A stretch of 46,646 nucleotides of DNA, taken from an uncultured Thermodesulfovibrio sp. (GTDB lineage: Bacteria; Nitrospirota; Thermodesulfovibrionia; Thermodesulfovibrionales; JdFR-85). The notes below the pieces were generated by a model. The model was not told the origin of the DNA and searched no databases. It saw only the letters and a list, made by a program, of their open reading frames with translations. The stretch spans positions 1-46,646 of the forward strand of contig CAYMML010000003.1 in the NCBI GenBank assembly GCA_964391515.1. The letters run 5' to 3'. Below are positions 1 to 8,408 of the stretch, one piece after another; positions within the stretch are counted from its first letter, which is position 1; every line of letters begins with the position of its first letter. The translations under genes were made by a program, and so were the position numbers.

Positions 1-107
1 TATCCTCACAAAGCCTTCATATTTTCTTCAAAAGTTTCAATTATTATATCACCATATAACCAAGGCTGTATTTTACAGCCTCAAGAGATACCCTTAGGAG
101 GTGTTGT

Positions 108-557
108 ATGAAGAAAAAGGTTTTGGCAATCGGTATTGTTGGGCTTCTCTCACTTGCCACCCTTGCCTTTGCGCATGGGCCAGGCTGGTGGGGAGGCGGC
201 ATGATGGGTGGAGGTTTCGGCCCTGGTTACTGTCAGGGACCTGCAGGTGGCTACGGTCCTGGTTACATGAGAGGTTTTGGACCTGGTGCCTGTGGTGGGC
301 CATATGGTGTTGACCAGAAGTTCTTTGAGGAGACAAAAGACCTGAGAAAACAACTCCACGAAAAGAGGTTTGAGTACTTTGAGACACTGAGAGACCCCAA
401 TGCCGACAGGGAAAAGGTTGCAAAACTTGAAAAGGAGATTGAGGAACTGCAGGAAAAGATCTACGAAAAATCACCCAGAAGGGGTTTTCGTGGTGGCTTT
501 TATGGTGGGATGAACGGCGGAGGGTGGAACTGCCCGGGCCCTGGAGGCTGGAGATAA
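108..557 (+). CDS. Secreted Spy/CpxP/ZraP-family periplasmic protein with Gly/aromatic-rich flanks
   Basis: 149-aa ORF with AGGAGG at 96-101, 6 nt before the ATG. Signal peptide MKKKVLAIGIVGLLSLATLAFA. The charged helical core (DQKFFEETKDLRKQLHEKRFEYFETLRDPNADREKVAKLEKEIEELQEKIYE) is typical of CpxP/Spy/ZraP periplasmic stress proteins. A strong terminator follows. Confidence 0.8.
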   Translation: MKKKVLAIGIVGLLSLATLAFAHGPGWWGGGMMGGGFGPGYCQGPAGGYGPGYMRGFGPGACGGPYGVDQKFFEETKDLRKQLHEKRFEYFETLRDPNADREKVAKLEKEIEELQEKIYEKSPRRGFRGGFYGGMNGGGWNCPGPGGWR

Positions 558-576
558 GCCGTTATACATCAAAAAA

Positions 577-607
577 GGCAGGTTCAACCTTGAACCTGCC
601 TTTTTAT
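577..607 (+). terminator. Rho-independent terminator of the Spy-like gene
   Basis: Perfect 10-bp stem GGCAGGTTCA (577-586) / TGAACCTGCC (591-600) with a 4-nt loop, followed by TTTTT (601-605). It starts 20 nt after the TAA stop. Confidence 0.85.
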
Positions 608-636
608 TATTTGCCCACCATTTTTACACCGAATTT

Positions 637-662
637 AAAAACCTTACCCATTTTTAGGGTAA
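637..662 (-). terminator. Possible weak terminator downstream of tRNA-Pro
   Basis: On the minus strand, TTACCC-TAAAAAT-GGGTAA forms a 6-bp AT-rich stem (662-644), followed by GG and TTTTT (641-637), directly after the tRNA 3' end. Confidence 0.35.
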
Positions 663-665
663 AAA

Positions 666-743
666 TGGTCGGGGCGAGTGGATTCGAACCACCGACCCCC
701 TGCTCCCAAGGCAGGTGCGCTAACCAGGCTGCGCTACGCCCCG
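666..743 (-). tRNA. tRNA-Pro (anticodon TGG)
   Basis: The reverse complement folds as a cloverleaf: CGGGGCG acceptor stem, GCGC D-stem, CCTGC/GCAGG anticodon stem with loop CTTGGGA (anticodon UGG), and GGTGG-TTCGAAT-CCACT T-arm. CCA is encoded. Confidence 0.95.
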
Positions 744-825
744 AATTCTGACTTCACAGAACAATATTTTACCATAAATTCACTACTTGATTCAGACACC
801 ATCTGGGCATGAATACCACCACAAA

Positions 826-1494
826 CTATATCTGTTTCAATACCCCATCTACCATCATCAGTTGTCTTGAGCACTTAAGTGCCAGTGCCTCATTGTGCGT
901 CACTATCACAAAGGTGGTTTCCTTTTCACGGTTCATCTTCACTATCACCTCAAACATCGCCTCACCCGTCTTTGTATCCAGGTTACCCGTGGGTTCATCG
1001 GCAAGCACCACAAGGGGTTTCATAAGCATTGCCCGTGCCACCGCCACCCTCTGCTGCTCACCTCCGGAGAGTTCCCCCGGCCGGTGGTAAAGCCGCTGAC
1101 TAAGGCCAAGTTCAGCAAGCAAGCCTACAGCCCTTTCTCTTGCCTCCTCCCTATTAAGCCCATTTATAAGCCCTGGCATCATCACATTTTCAAGGGCGGT
1201 AAACTCCGGAAGCAGGTGGTGAAACTGAAACACAAAGCCGATTTTCCTGTTTCTGAAAGATGCAAGTTTCTGCTCATCCATACCAAAAACATCCTCCCCC
1301 TCATAGAAGAGCCTCCCCTCTGTGGGTCTATCTATGGTTCCCAGAATATGAAGGAGGGTGCTCTTACCAACCCCTGATGCACCGAGGATGGCTATCATCT
1401 CACCGGGCTTCACCTCAAGGTCTATCCCCTTGAGGACATCTATCCTCCCTGCCTCGGTCTGAAAGGACTTCTTTATACCCTCTGCCCTTATCAT
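826..1494 (-). CDS. lolD: Lipoprotein-releasing ABC transporter ATP-binding protein LolD
   Basis: 222 aa with Walker A GASGVGKST, signature LSGGEQQRVAVARA and Walker B VVLADEPTGNLD. It sits in an operon with a LolC/E-type permease, and its start overlaps the upstream ORF stop as ATGA. Confidence 0.85.
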   Translation of the reverse strand: MIRAEGIKKSFQTEAGRIDVLKGIDLEVKPGEMIAILGASGVGKSTLLHILGTIDRPTEGRLFYEGEDVFGMDEQKLASFRNRKIGFVFQFHHLLPEFTALENVMMPGLINGLNREEARERAVGLLAELGLSQRLYHRPGELSGGEQQRVAVARAMLMKPLVVLADEPTGNLDTKTGEAMFEVIVKMNREKETTFVIVTHNEALALKCSRQLMMVDGVLKQI

Positions 1495-1751
1495 TTTACC
1501 TTCTTGATCAACTCCTGAGAACGCTTCTTTACCTCATTTACATCCCTCTTTAACTCACGAGATGTCCTGTTTATCCTGTCTGCCTCGTCGGCAAGTTCCT
1601 CAGACTTTTTCCTTATAACCTTTCCGGTCTCCTCGGTCTTCTTCCCAAACCATCTAAGCGGCTCCCCACCCCTCAGCACAGCAATAACGAAAAACACTAC
1701 AACAAAGAGAAAAACCAGACAGACTATTCGACGGATCGCCTTACACATCAC
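1491..1751 (-). CDS. Small membrane-anchored charged-helix protein (YtxH-like?) embedded in the lol operon
   Basis: 86-aa ORF with an N-terminal TM helix (IVCLVFLFVVVFFVIAVL) and a K/E-rich helical tail. Its start overlaps the lolC/E stop (GTGATG context) and its stop overlaps the lolD start (ATGA). Confidence 0.55.
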   Translation of the reverse strand: MMCKAIRRIVCLVFLFVVVFFVIAVLRGGEPLRWFGKKTEETGKVIRKKSEELADEADRINRTSRELKRDVNEVKKRSQELIKKVK

Positions 1752-2974
1752 TCATACCTCAGTGGCTCCACAGGATCGAGTTTTGCGGCCTGGTAGGCAG
1801 GGTAAAGGGTTGCAAGGAAACTTATTGATATGGCCGAGAGAGAAACCACGATGAAATCCGATAGTTTCATCTTCACCGGAAGGTGGCTCAGGTAATAAAC
1901 ATCAGCAGGGAGTTTTACAATCTCGTAAGTATTGAGAAGATACCCCAGGAGATACCCACCTATAACACCGATAACCGTGCCTACCACCCCGATCATCAAA
2001 CCCTGAAACATAAATATCCGCATTATGCCCCTCCTGGTTGCCCCCATCGTCATGAGTATGGCAATCTCCCGCTCCTTCTCTATCACATTCATAATAAGGG
2101 TGCTTACTATATTGAACGACGCAACCAGGATTATCAACGTAAGGATTACGAACATGGTGAACTTCTCAAGTTTCAGGGCGGAAAAGAGGTTCCGGTTCAT
2201 CTGCATCCAGTCCTTTCCGTAAAAGGTCTGCCCAATCAGCCGGGGGACTTCCCTGCGCAACTCAGATGCCCTGTAAATATCATTTACGGTAACCTCAATA
2301 CCGGTCACATCCCCTCCCATCCCGAAGAAATCCTGTGCCGCAGAAAGGGAGGTAAGCACGAGGTTGGCATCGTACTCAAACATCCCCACCTCAAAGACAC
2401 CCACCACCCTGAATCTCCTCACCTTTGGTATCACACCCATTGGGCCGATCTCGCCACGGGGTGATATGATATTCACCTCATCACCCCTGTAGACACCGAG
2501 CATTGAGGCAAGTTCATTCCCGATAATAACGCCAGGAATGTCATCCGTCTTTTCAAGTGCCTCAAGGCTTCCGCTTTTAATGTGCTCTTTGATTGTGGTA
2601 GTGGTGGTCTCGTAAGAGGGATCAATCCCGCGCATATACACCCCGTGCGCCCTCTCGCCACGGGAGATCATCACCTGACCAAGCACAAAGGGAGAGGTGT
2701 GCTTTACGAGTTTGTGCCCTGAGAGTTTATCCATCACCTCACGATGATTGCTGATACTTCCACGGTAGTTGAGGACTATGAGGTGGGCATTTACACCGAG
2801 TATCTTCCTTCTCAGGTCTTCGTGAAAACCGCTCATCACAGAAAGCACAACAAGGAGTGCCATAACCCCCAGTGCCACCCCCCCTGTGGAGATAAATGTG
2901 TTAAACGAAATCCCCCGGTGTTTCTTCTTAGACCGGAGATACCTTAATGCTATGAAGAGAGAGTAGTTTTTCAT
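1748..2974 (-). CDS. Lipoprotein-releasing ABC transporter permease, LolC/LolE family
   Basis: 408 aa. The N-terminus MKNYSLFIALRYLRSKKKHRGISF is characteristic of LolC/E, and there is a periplasmic domain between TM1 and TM2 plus a C-terminal FtsX-type 3-TM bundle. Confidence 0.85.
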   Translation of the reverse strand: MKNYSLFIALRYLRSKKKHRGISFNTFISTGGVALGVMALLVVLSVMSGFHEDLRRKILGVNAHLIVLNYRGSISNHREVMDKLSGHKLVKHTSPFVLGQVMISRGERAHGVYMRGIDPSYETTTTTIKEHIKSGSLEALEKTDDIPGVIIGNELASMLGVYRGDEVNIISPRGEIGPMGVIPKVRRFRVVGVFEVGMFEYDANLVLTSLSAAQDFFGMGGDVTGIEVTVNDIYRASELRREVPRLIGQTFYGKDWMQMNRNLFSALKLEKFTMFVILTLIILVASFNIVSTLIMNVIEKEREIAILMTMGATRRGIMRIFMFQGLMIGVVGTVIGVIGGYLLGYLLNTYEIVKLPADVYYLSHLPVKMKLSDFIVVSLSAISISFLATLYPAYQAAKLDPVEPLRYE

Positions 2975-3086
2975 TTACACTTTTCGGTCTCATCGTATAA
3001 TTCAGTGCTCACTACAGGATGTGAGATAGCCACCACTTTCTTCCTTCTCTTCCCGGGGCTAAGCCGTCCAGAACAGAGAAGGTTTC

Positions 3087-4565
3087 TTATTGCTTTTCCG
3101 GCTTCATCTGTGGAAAGAGTATCACATCCCTGATGGACTGTGAGTTTGTAAGCAGCATAACCAGCCTGTCTATCCCGATCCCCTCACCTGCGGCAGGAGG
3201 CATCCCGTATTCAAGTGCCCTTATAAAGTCTGTATCCATCCAGTGTGCCTCCTCATCACCCTTTTCTTTCGCCTCCACCTGCCTTTGAAACCTCTCTCTC
3301 TGATCGTCAGGGTCGTTCAGTTCCGTAAAGGCGTTTGCGATCTCTCGTGAGGCGATAAAGAGTTCAAACCTCTCTACAAGTTCGGGGTTATCCTTTTTCC
3401 TCCTTGCAAGGGGGGAGAGTTCTACCGGATAGTCTGTGATAAACACCGGCCCCGTAAGCCCGGGCTCCACCTTCTCCTTGAATATCTCATCAAGCACCTT
3501 TGCAAGGCTTACCGCATCATTCACATCAATACCGTTTCTCATTGCCCAGTCTTTAGCCTTCTCATAGTCGGCAAATATCTCCTCCGGCACACCTGCCTCA
3601 AGCAGGGCATCGTACATGGTCACCCTCTTCCACGGGGGGGTGAAGTCGATCTCCGTATCACCGTAACGGATCTTCATGCCGCCACAGATATTCTTTAGGA
3701 GTTCTGAAAACATCCTCTCGGTAAAGTCCATAAGGAAGTTGTAATCTTTATATGCCACATAGAACTCAAGCATTGTGAATTCCGGGTTGTGCCTGGTGGA
3801 GATACCCTCGTTTCGGAAGTTTTTGTTTATCTCAAACACCCTTTCATACCCACCCACGAGGAGCCTTTTCAGGTAGAGTTCAGGTGCAATCCTTAAGTAG
3901 AGGTCAATGCCAAGGGCGTTGTGATGAGTCTTAAATGGCCTTGCCGTGGCCCCACCGGGTATCTGGTGCATCATGGGGGTCTCCACCTCGATAAACCCCT
4001 CCCTTTCGAGAAAGTCTCTTATAAACTTGATTATCCTGCTTCTGGTCTCGAAGGTCTTTCGCACCTCGGGGTTTACGATCAGATCCAGATACCGCTGTCT
4101 GTACCTTATCTCCACATCCTTAAGGCCATGCCACTTTTCAGGAAGGGGTCTCAGTGCCTTGGTAAGTAATTTAAACTCCCTCACCATAACGGTGAGTTCA
4201 CCCGTCTTTGTCCTGAAGAGTTCGCCCTTTACCCCGACGATATCTCCGATGTCGAGTTTCTTTACTACCTTATAGTCCTCCCCAAGAATGTCCTTACGGA
4301 AATATACCTGTATCCTGCCGGAACTGTCCTGAAGGTGCGAAAACGCCGCCTTGCCAAAACTCCTGAGCGCTATCATCCTTCCGGCAACGGAGACCTCTAC
4401 AGGATCACTCTCAAGGGCATCTGCCCCCCTTTCACCAAACTCCTCATGCACCTCCTGTGCAAGGTGTGTAACCTCATAGGGCATCCCGTAGGGGTCAATG
4501 CCCATCGTCCTCAACTCGTCACGCTTCTTTATCCGCTGTGCTATCAGTTCGTTTATATCTTCCAA
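3087..4565 (-). CDS. lysS: Lysine--tRNA ligase (class II)
   Basis: Strong LysRS-like sequence (OB-fold N-domain, class II motifs, ...TELNDPDDQRERF...GIGIDRLVMLLT). The track ORF extends to 4601 (TTG). I prefer the TTG at 4565, which has AGGAGG (4577-4572) 6 nt upstream and removes the 26-nt overlap with proA. Confidence 0.9.
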   Translation of the reverse strand: MEDINELIAQRIKKRDELRTMGIDPYGMPYEVTHLAQEVHEEFGERGADALESDPVEVSVAGRMIALRSFGKAAFSHLQDSSGRIQVYFRKDILGEDYKVVKKLDIGDIVGVKGELFRTKTGELTVMVREFKLLTKALRPLPEKWHGLKDVEIRYRQRYLDLIVNPEVRKTFETRSRIIKFIRDFLEREGFIEVETPMMHQIPGGATARPFKTHHNALGIDLYLRIAPELYLKRLLVGGYERVFEINKNFRNEGISTRHNPEFTMLEFYVAYKDYNFLMDFTERMFSELLKNICGGMKIRYGDTEIDFTPPWKRVTMYDALLEAGVPEEIFADYEKAKDWAMRNGIDVNDAVSLAKVLDEIFKEKVEPGLTGPVFITDYPVELSPLARRKKDNPELVERFELFIASREIANAFTELNDPDDQRERFQRQVEAKEKGDEEAHWMDTDFIRALEYGMPPAAGEGIGIDRLVMLLTNSQSIRDVILFPQMKPEKQ

Positions 4566-4575
4566 ACCATACCTC

Positions 4576-5832
4576 CTATTGCCTGATCTGTCCCGTACCA
4601 AGGACGATGAACTTCATACAGGTAAGTTCCTCAAGCCCCATCGAGCCACGGGCATGAATCTTATCTGTTGAAATACCTATCTCGGCACCAAGCCCGAACT
4701 GGCCTCCGTCGTGGAGCCTTGTGGAGGCATTCACCATCACCGAAGCGGAGTCAACCTCACGAAGGAACCTCATCGCCCGGTGGTAGTTTTCAGTAACTAT
4801 CGACTCCGTATGGAAAGAACTGTACCTGGCTATATGATCCATCGCCTCATCAATACCCTGAACCACCTTCACATTGAGAATGAGATCAAGATACTCGTTA
4901 TAAAAGTCATCCTCTCCTGCCTCCTCCAGACCTGCGACAATCTGGCGTGTCCTTCCACAGCCCTTTATCCTCACACCGGCATCCTGTAACCGTTTACATA
5001 TAACCGGGAGGAACTCCCCGGCAATGGGTTCATCAACGAGCATGGTCTCCATGGCATTACAGGTGCCCGGTCTCTGTACCTTTGCATTAAAGCATATCTC
5101 CTCTGCCATTTTGAGGTCGGCATCCCTGTCCACAAATACATGGCAGACCCCTTTGTAGTGCTTTAGAACGGGTATCCTGGAGTTTTCCGTAACAGTCCTG
5201 ATAAGCCCTTCTCCGCCACGGGGGATGATGAGATCAATTAGCCCCTCCAGTTTGAGCATCTCCATCACCGCCTCCCGGTCGGTCTTATCTATAAACGAGA
5301 CCACGCCCTCAGGCATCCCCTCATCTTTAAGCACACCCTTCAGAATCTCCACGATCGACCTGTTAGAGTTCACAGCCTCAGAGCCCCCCCTCAGGAGTAC
5401 GGCGTTTCCGGCCTTCATACACAGACTCGTTGCCTCCACGGTCACATTTGGACGAGACTCGTAGATAATCCCTATCACCCCTATGGGAACCCTCATCCTC
5501 CCCACGGTCATCCCGTTTGGCCTCTGCCACATCTTTACCACCTCACCCACCGGATCAGGGAGTGCCGCCACCTCCCTGAGCCCCTGTGCCATCTCATCAA
5601 TCCTCTTATCTGTGAGGGTAAGCCTGTCTATAAGGGCATTGCTCAACCCCTTTTTACGGGCATAATCTATATCCAGGGCGTTTGCCTGCTTCAGTGCCTG
5701 GCGGTTATTGAGTATCTCCTCGGCCATCCTGAGGAGTATCCCGTTTTTCTTCTCAGAGGTCACCCTGAGTAGTGCCCTTGCCCCTTTACGGGCATCCATT
5801 GCCCGTTCTTTCACATACTCATTTATCTCCAT
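4576..5832 (-). CDS. proA: Gamma-glutamyl phosphate reductase
   Basis: 418 aa of the aldehyde dehydrogenase-fold ProA family (…IYESRPNVT…, …VNASTRLHDGGQFGLGAEIGISTDKIHARG…). GGAGG lies 7 nt before the ATG. Confidence 0.9.
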   Translation of the reverse strand: MEINEYVKERAMDARKGARALLRVTSEKKNGILLRMAEEILNNRQALKQANALDIDYARKKGLSNALIDRLTLTDKRIDEMAQGLREVAALPDPVGEVVKMWQRPNGMTVGRMRVPIGVIGIIYESRPNVTVEATSLCMKAGNAVLLRGGSEAVNSNRSIVEILKGVLKDEGMPEGVVSFIDKTDREAVMEMLKLEGLIDLIIPRGGEGLIRTVTENSRIPVLKHYKGVCHVFVDRDADLKMAEEICFNAKVQRPGTCNAMETMLVDEPIAGEFLPVICKRLQDAGVRIKGCGRTRQIVAGLEEAGEDDFYNEYLDLILNVKVVQGIDEAMDHIARYSSFHTESIVTENYHRAMRFLREVDSASVMVNASTRLHDGGQFGLGAEIGISTDKIHARGSMGLEELTCMKFIVLGTGQIRQ

Positions 5833-6006
5833 ACATCCACCTCCATATAACTATTTTGCACCTCCTTCTAATTATTTTGACCATTTCCTTAAATAATCAG
5901 GTGTTTTGAACAGAAAAGAATTTAATTATAACCTATCCGGTCTAAAAATTTATAAAAACCCGGGCTCCGGTTTGAGATTGGAGGCGGTTAAAGGGTAAAA
6001 TTACCT

Positions 6007-7677
6007 ATGAATAAGATCAGGATACTTCCCCAGGGGCTCCGAAACCGCATTGCAGCCGGTGAGGTGATAGAAAGACCTGCCTCAGTGGTAAAGGAACTCA
6101 TTGAAAACTCCATTGATGCACAGGCGAAGAGGATCGAGATACAGATAGAGGGTGGCGGTAAGCGGCTGATCGTTGTATCTGACGATGGTATCGGGATACC
6201 TTCCGATGAACTCCACCTTGCCGTAGAACCTCACGCAACAAGTAAGATTGAAAGTGAGGAAGACCTTTTCAATATAAGGACACGCGGCTTCAGAGGTGAG
6301 GCGCTTGCTTCCATTGCCTCCGTCTCACGACTCAGGATAACCTCTCAAACTGAAGGAGAGGCGGTGGGGAGGAGCATATACATGGAGGGTGGGAGGCTAT
6401 TGGAGGATACACCATCTCCACACAGGGGAACCACCGTGGAGGTAAAAGACCTCTTTTTTAACACGCCTGCACGAAGGAAGTTTCTCAAGTCAGACCGCAC
6501 CGAGATAAGACATATCATTGACACCGTTACGGAGACGGCACTTTCAGAATACAACCGGGGGTTCAGGCTTTCGGTAAACAACACCGAGACACTCCACTGC
6601 CCTCAGGCAGGCAACCTGAGAGAGAGGCTCCTTCAGGTATATGGTGAAGAGTTTATCTCAGGACTCCACTTAATCGAACTTCCACATTTGCAGGCATTTT
6701 TTTCCAGGGAGGATAACTTCAGGATAAACCGCTCCCATCAGTATATCTTCATAAATGGAAGACCCATCAGGGATGCCTCCTTGAGGCATGCCGTATATTC
6801 GGCATACGAGCGCATACTCCCCCACGACCGACACCCCATCTTCTTTCTCTTTCTTCAGGTACCACCCTCTTCGGTTGACTTTAATGTCCACCCTGCAAAG
6901 AGGGAGGTGAGGTTTTCTGACAAAGAGGGCGTCTACAGGATGGTAAGGGATTCTCTAAGGGAGGTTCTCCTTCCTTCATCACATGAACATGTTAAACCCC
7001 TCACCCCTACTACTTCAACTGCAATAAAGACCGGTGCAGGTGTTTTCGGTGATTACCAACAGGATCCCCCTTCAGCCCCTCCTTCTATGATAGAAGAGCC
7101 GGTTTCAGGATATGGCCATATAGAGCATATCTACCTCGGGGATGTCTTTCTTGCATACTCCGATGGAGAGGGTCTCACACTGCTTGACCACCATGCGGCA
7201 CATGAGAGGGTCATTTATGAAAAACTCCTGAAGGGAATGGATATCGGACGGGCAGAGTTCCTCTTTCCAAGACAGATAACACTTTCACCTTCTGATTACA
7301 CCACCATAATCCAGAACATCCCAACCCTTGAGGCGGTGGGTTTTTCGGTTGAAGACTTTGGGAGTAACTCCGTCCTTGTCCGGTCTATCCCGGCCTTTGT
7401 TTCAGAGGATGCACTACAGGGCATCCTTGAGGATCTGGCGGAGTCTATAAGGGATATCTCTGCAAACTCTCCTGTTGAGGAGTTGAGGAAACGCCTTGCC
7501 ATGACTATTGCATGCCACAGATCTGTGCGTGGAAAGAAAAGACTGACCGGAGATGAACTGAGGGCATTGCTTGAGGATATGGAGAAACTGGATGACCCTG
7601 AACACTGCCCACACGGCAGACCTACAAGGCTCAGGATAGGGATAGATGAACTAAAAAGGATGTTTAAAAGGACTTAA
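6007..7677 (+). CDS. mutL: DNA mismatch repair endonuclease MutL
   Basis: 556 aa with an N-terminal GHKL ATPase (RIAAGEVIERPASVVKELIENSIDA). The C-terminal endonuclease motifs DHHAAHERVIYEKL and CPHGRP indicate the MutH-independent type. Confidence 0.92.
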   Translation: MNKIRILPQGLRNRIAAGEVIERPASVVKELIENSIDAQAKRIEIQIEGGGKRLIVVSDDGIGIPSDELHLAVEPHATSKIESEEDLFNIRTRGFRGEALASIASVSRLRITSQTEGEAVGRSIYMEGGRLLEDTPSPHRGTTVEVKDLFFNTPARRKFLKSDRTEIRHIIDTVTETALSEYNRGFRLSVNNTETLHCPQAGNLRERLLQVYGEEFISGLHLIELPHLQAFFSREDNFRINRSHQYIFINGRPIRDASLRHAVYSAYERILPHDRHPIFFLFLQVPPSSVDFNVHPAKREVRFSDKEGVYRMVRDSLREVLLPSSHEHVKPLTPTTSTAIKTGAGVFGDYQQDPPSAPPSMIEEPVSGYGHIEHIYLGDVFLAYSDGEGLTLLDHHAAHERVIYEKLLKGMDIGRAEFLFPRQITLSPSDYTTIIQNIPTLEAVGFSVEDFGSNSVLVRSIPAFVSEDALQGILEDLAESIRDISANSPVEELRKRLAMTIACHRSVRGKKRLTGDELRALLEDMEKLDDPEHCPHGRPTRLRIGIDELKRMFKRT

Positions 7678-7688
7678 GGAGGTGTGAG

Positions 7689-8396
7689 ATGGAAACAACT
7701 GTCAGATGGCTTGGACATGCCTTTGTGGAGGTAGCCACAAAGGAGGAGAAGGTGATCCTCTTTGACCCATGGACAAAGGACGACGGCAACCCATCCTGTC
7801 CGCTTGGAAATGAGGAAATCACAAGGGCGGATCTGATACTCGTTAGCCATGACCACCACGACCACATTGGCTCTGCCGCCACAGTGTCAAACAAAACGGG
7901 TGCACTCGTGGGAGGACCGGTACAGACCATCAGGAGGCTCATCGATGAGTCGCTCATCACCGAAGAAAAGGGTGTTAACTTCGGCTACGGATACATGGTG
8001 GGTGGTGGCACAGACCTTGGCTGGGTGAAGGTGGTTGCTACCCCTGCCTTCCACTCCTCTGACTCTGCCTGTGCACTTGGAAATATAGCCATTTTGAAAG
8101 ACGGCCCCACCATATACCATGCAGGGGACACCGCTATCTTTGCAGAGATGGAGATATACGGAAGACTCTACCCAATAGACCTTGCCATCCTCCCCATAGG
8201 AGGCACATTTACCATGGATGCAAGGCAGGCGGCAGAGGCGGTAAGGCTCCTGAACCCCAAAAAGGTGATGCCCATCCATTATGCATCATTCCCCATAGTT
8301 GCAGAGACGGCCGATGAGTTTATCGGTTACTGTAAGGAATATACGCCGGAGGTTGAGGTCATTGCACCACAGGTGGGAGATATTGTAACCATCTGA
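7689..8396 (+). CDS. Metal-dependent hydrolase, MBL fold (UPF0173-like)
   Basis: 235 aa with the VSHDHHDH motif. The overall sequence resembles the small UPF0173 beta-lactamase-fold hydrolases. Confidence 0.75.
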   Translation: METTVRWLGHAFVEVATKEEKVILFDPWTKDDGNPSCPLGNEEITRADLILVSHDHHDHIGSAATVSNKTGALVGGPVQTIRRLIDESLITEEKGVNFGYGYMVGGGTDLGWVKVVATPAFHSSDSACALGNIAILKDGPTIYHAGDTAIFAEMEIYGRLYPIDLAILPIGGTFTMDARQAAEAVRLLNPKKVMPIHYASFPIVAETADEFIGYCKEYTPEVEVIAPQVGDIVTI

Positions 8397-8408
8397 GGAC
8401 GGAGGGGG

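Noticed and set aside
64-80. Sigma54 -24/-12 promoter upstream of the Spy/ZraP-like gene, by analogy with E. coli zraP
   Set aside because: The GG and GC of GGCTGTATTTTACAGCC are 14 nt apart rather than the required 12. It is better described as a plain 7-3-7 palindrome.
3043-3082. Perfect 8-bp inverted repeat CCTTCTCT…AGAGAAGG with a 24-nt loop between lysS and lolC/E
   Set aside because: The loop is large and there is no T-run on the transcribed (minus) strand. I saw no second copy in the window that would suggest a REP-like family. There is not enough evidence to call a feature.
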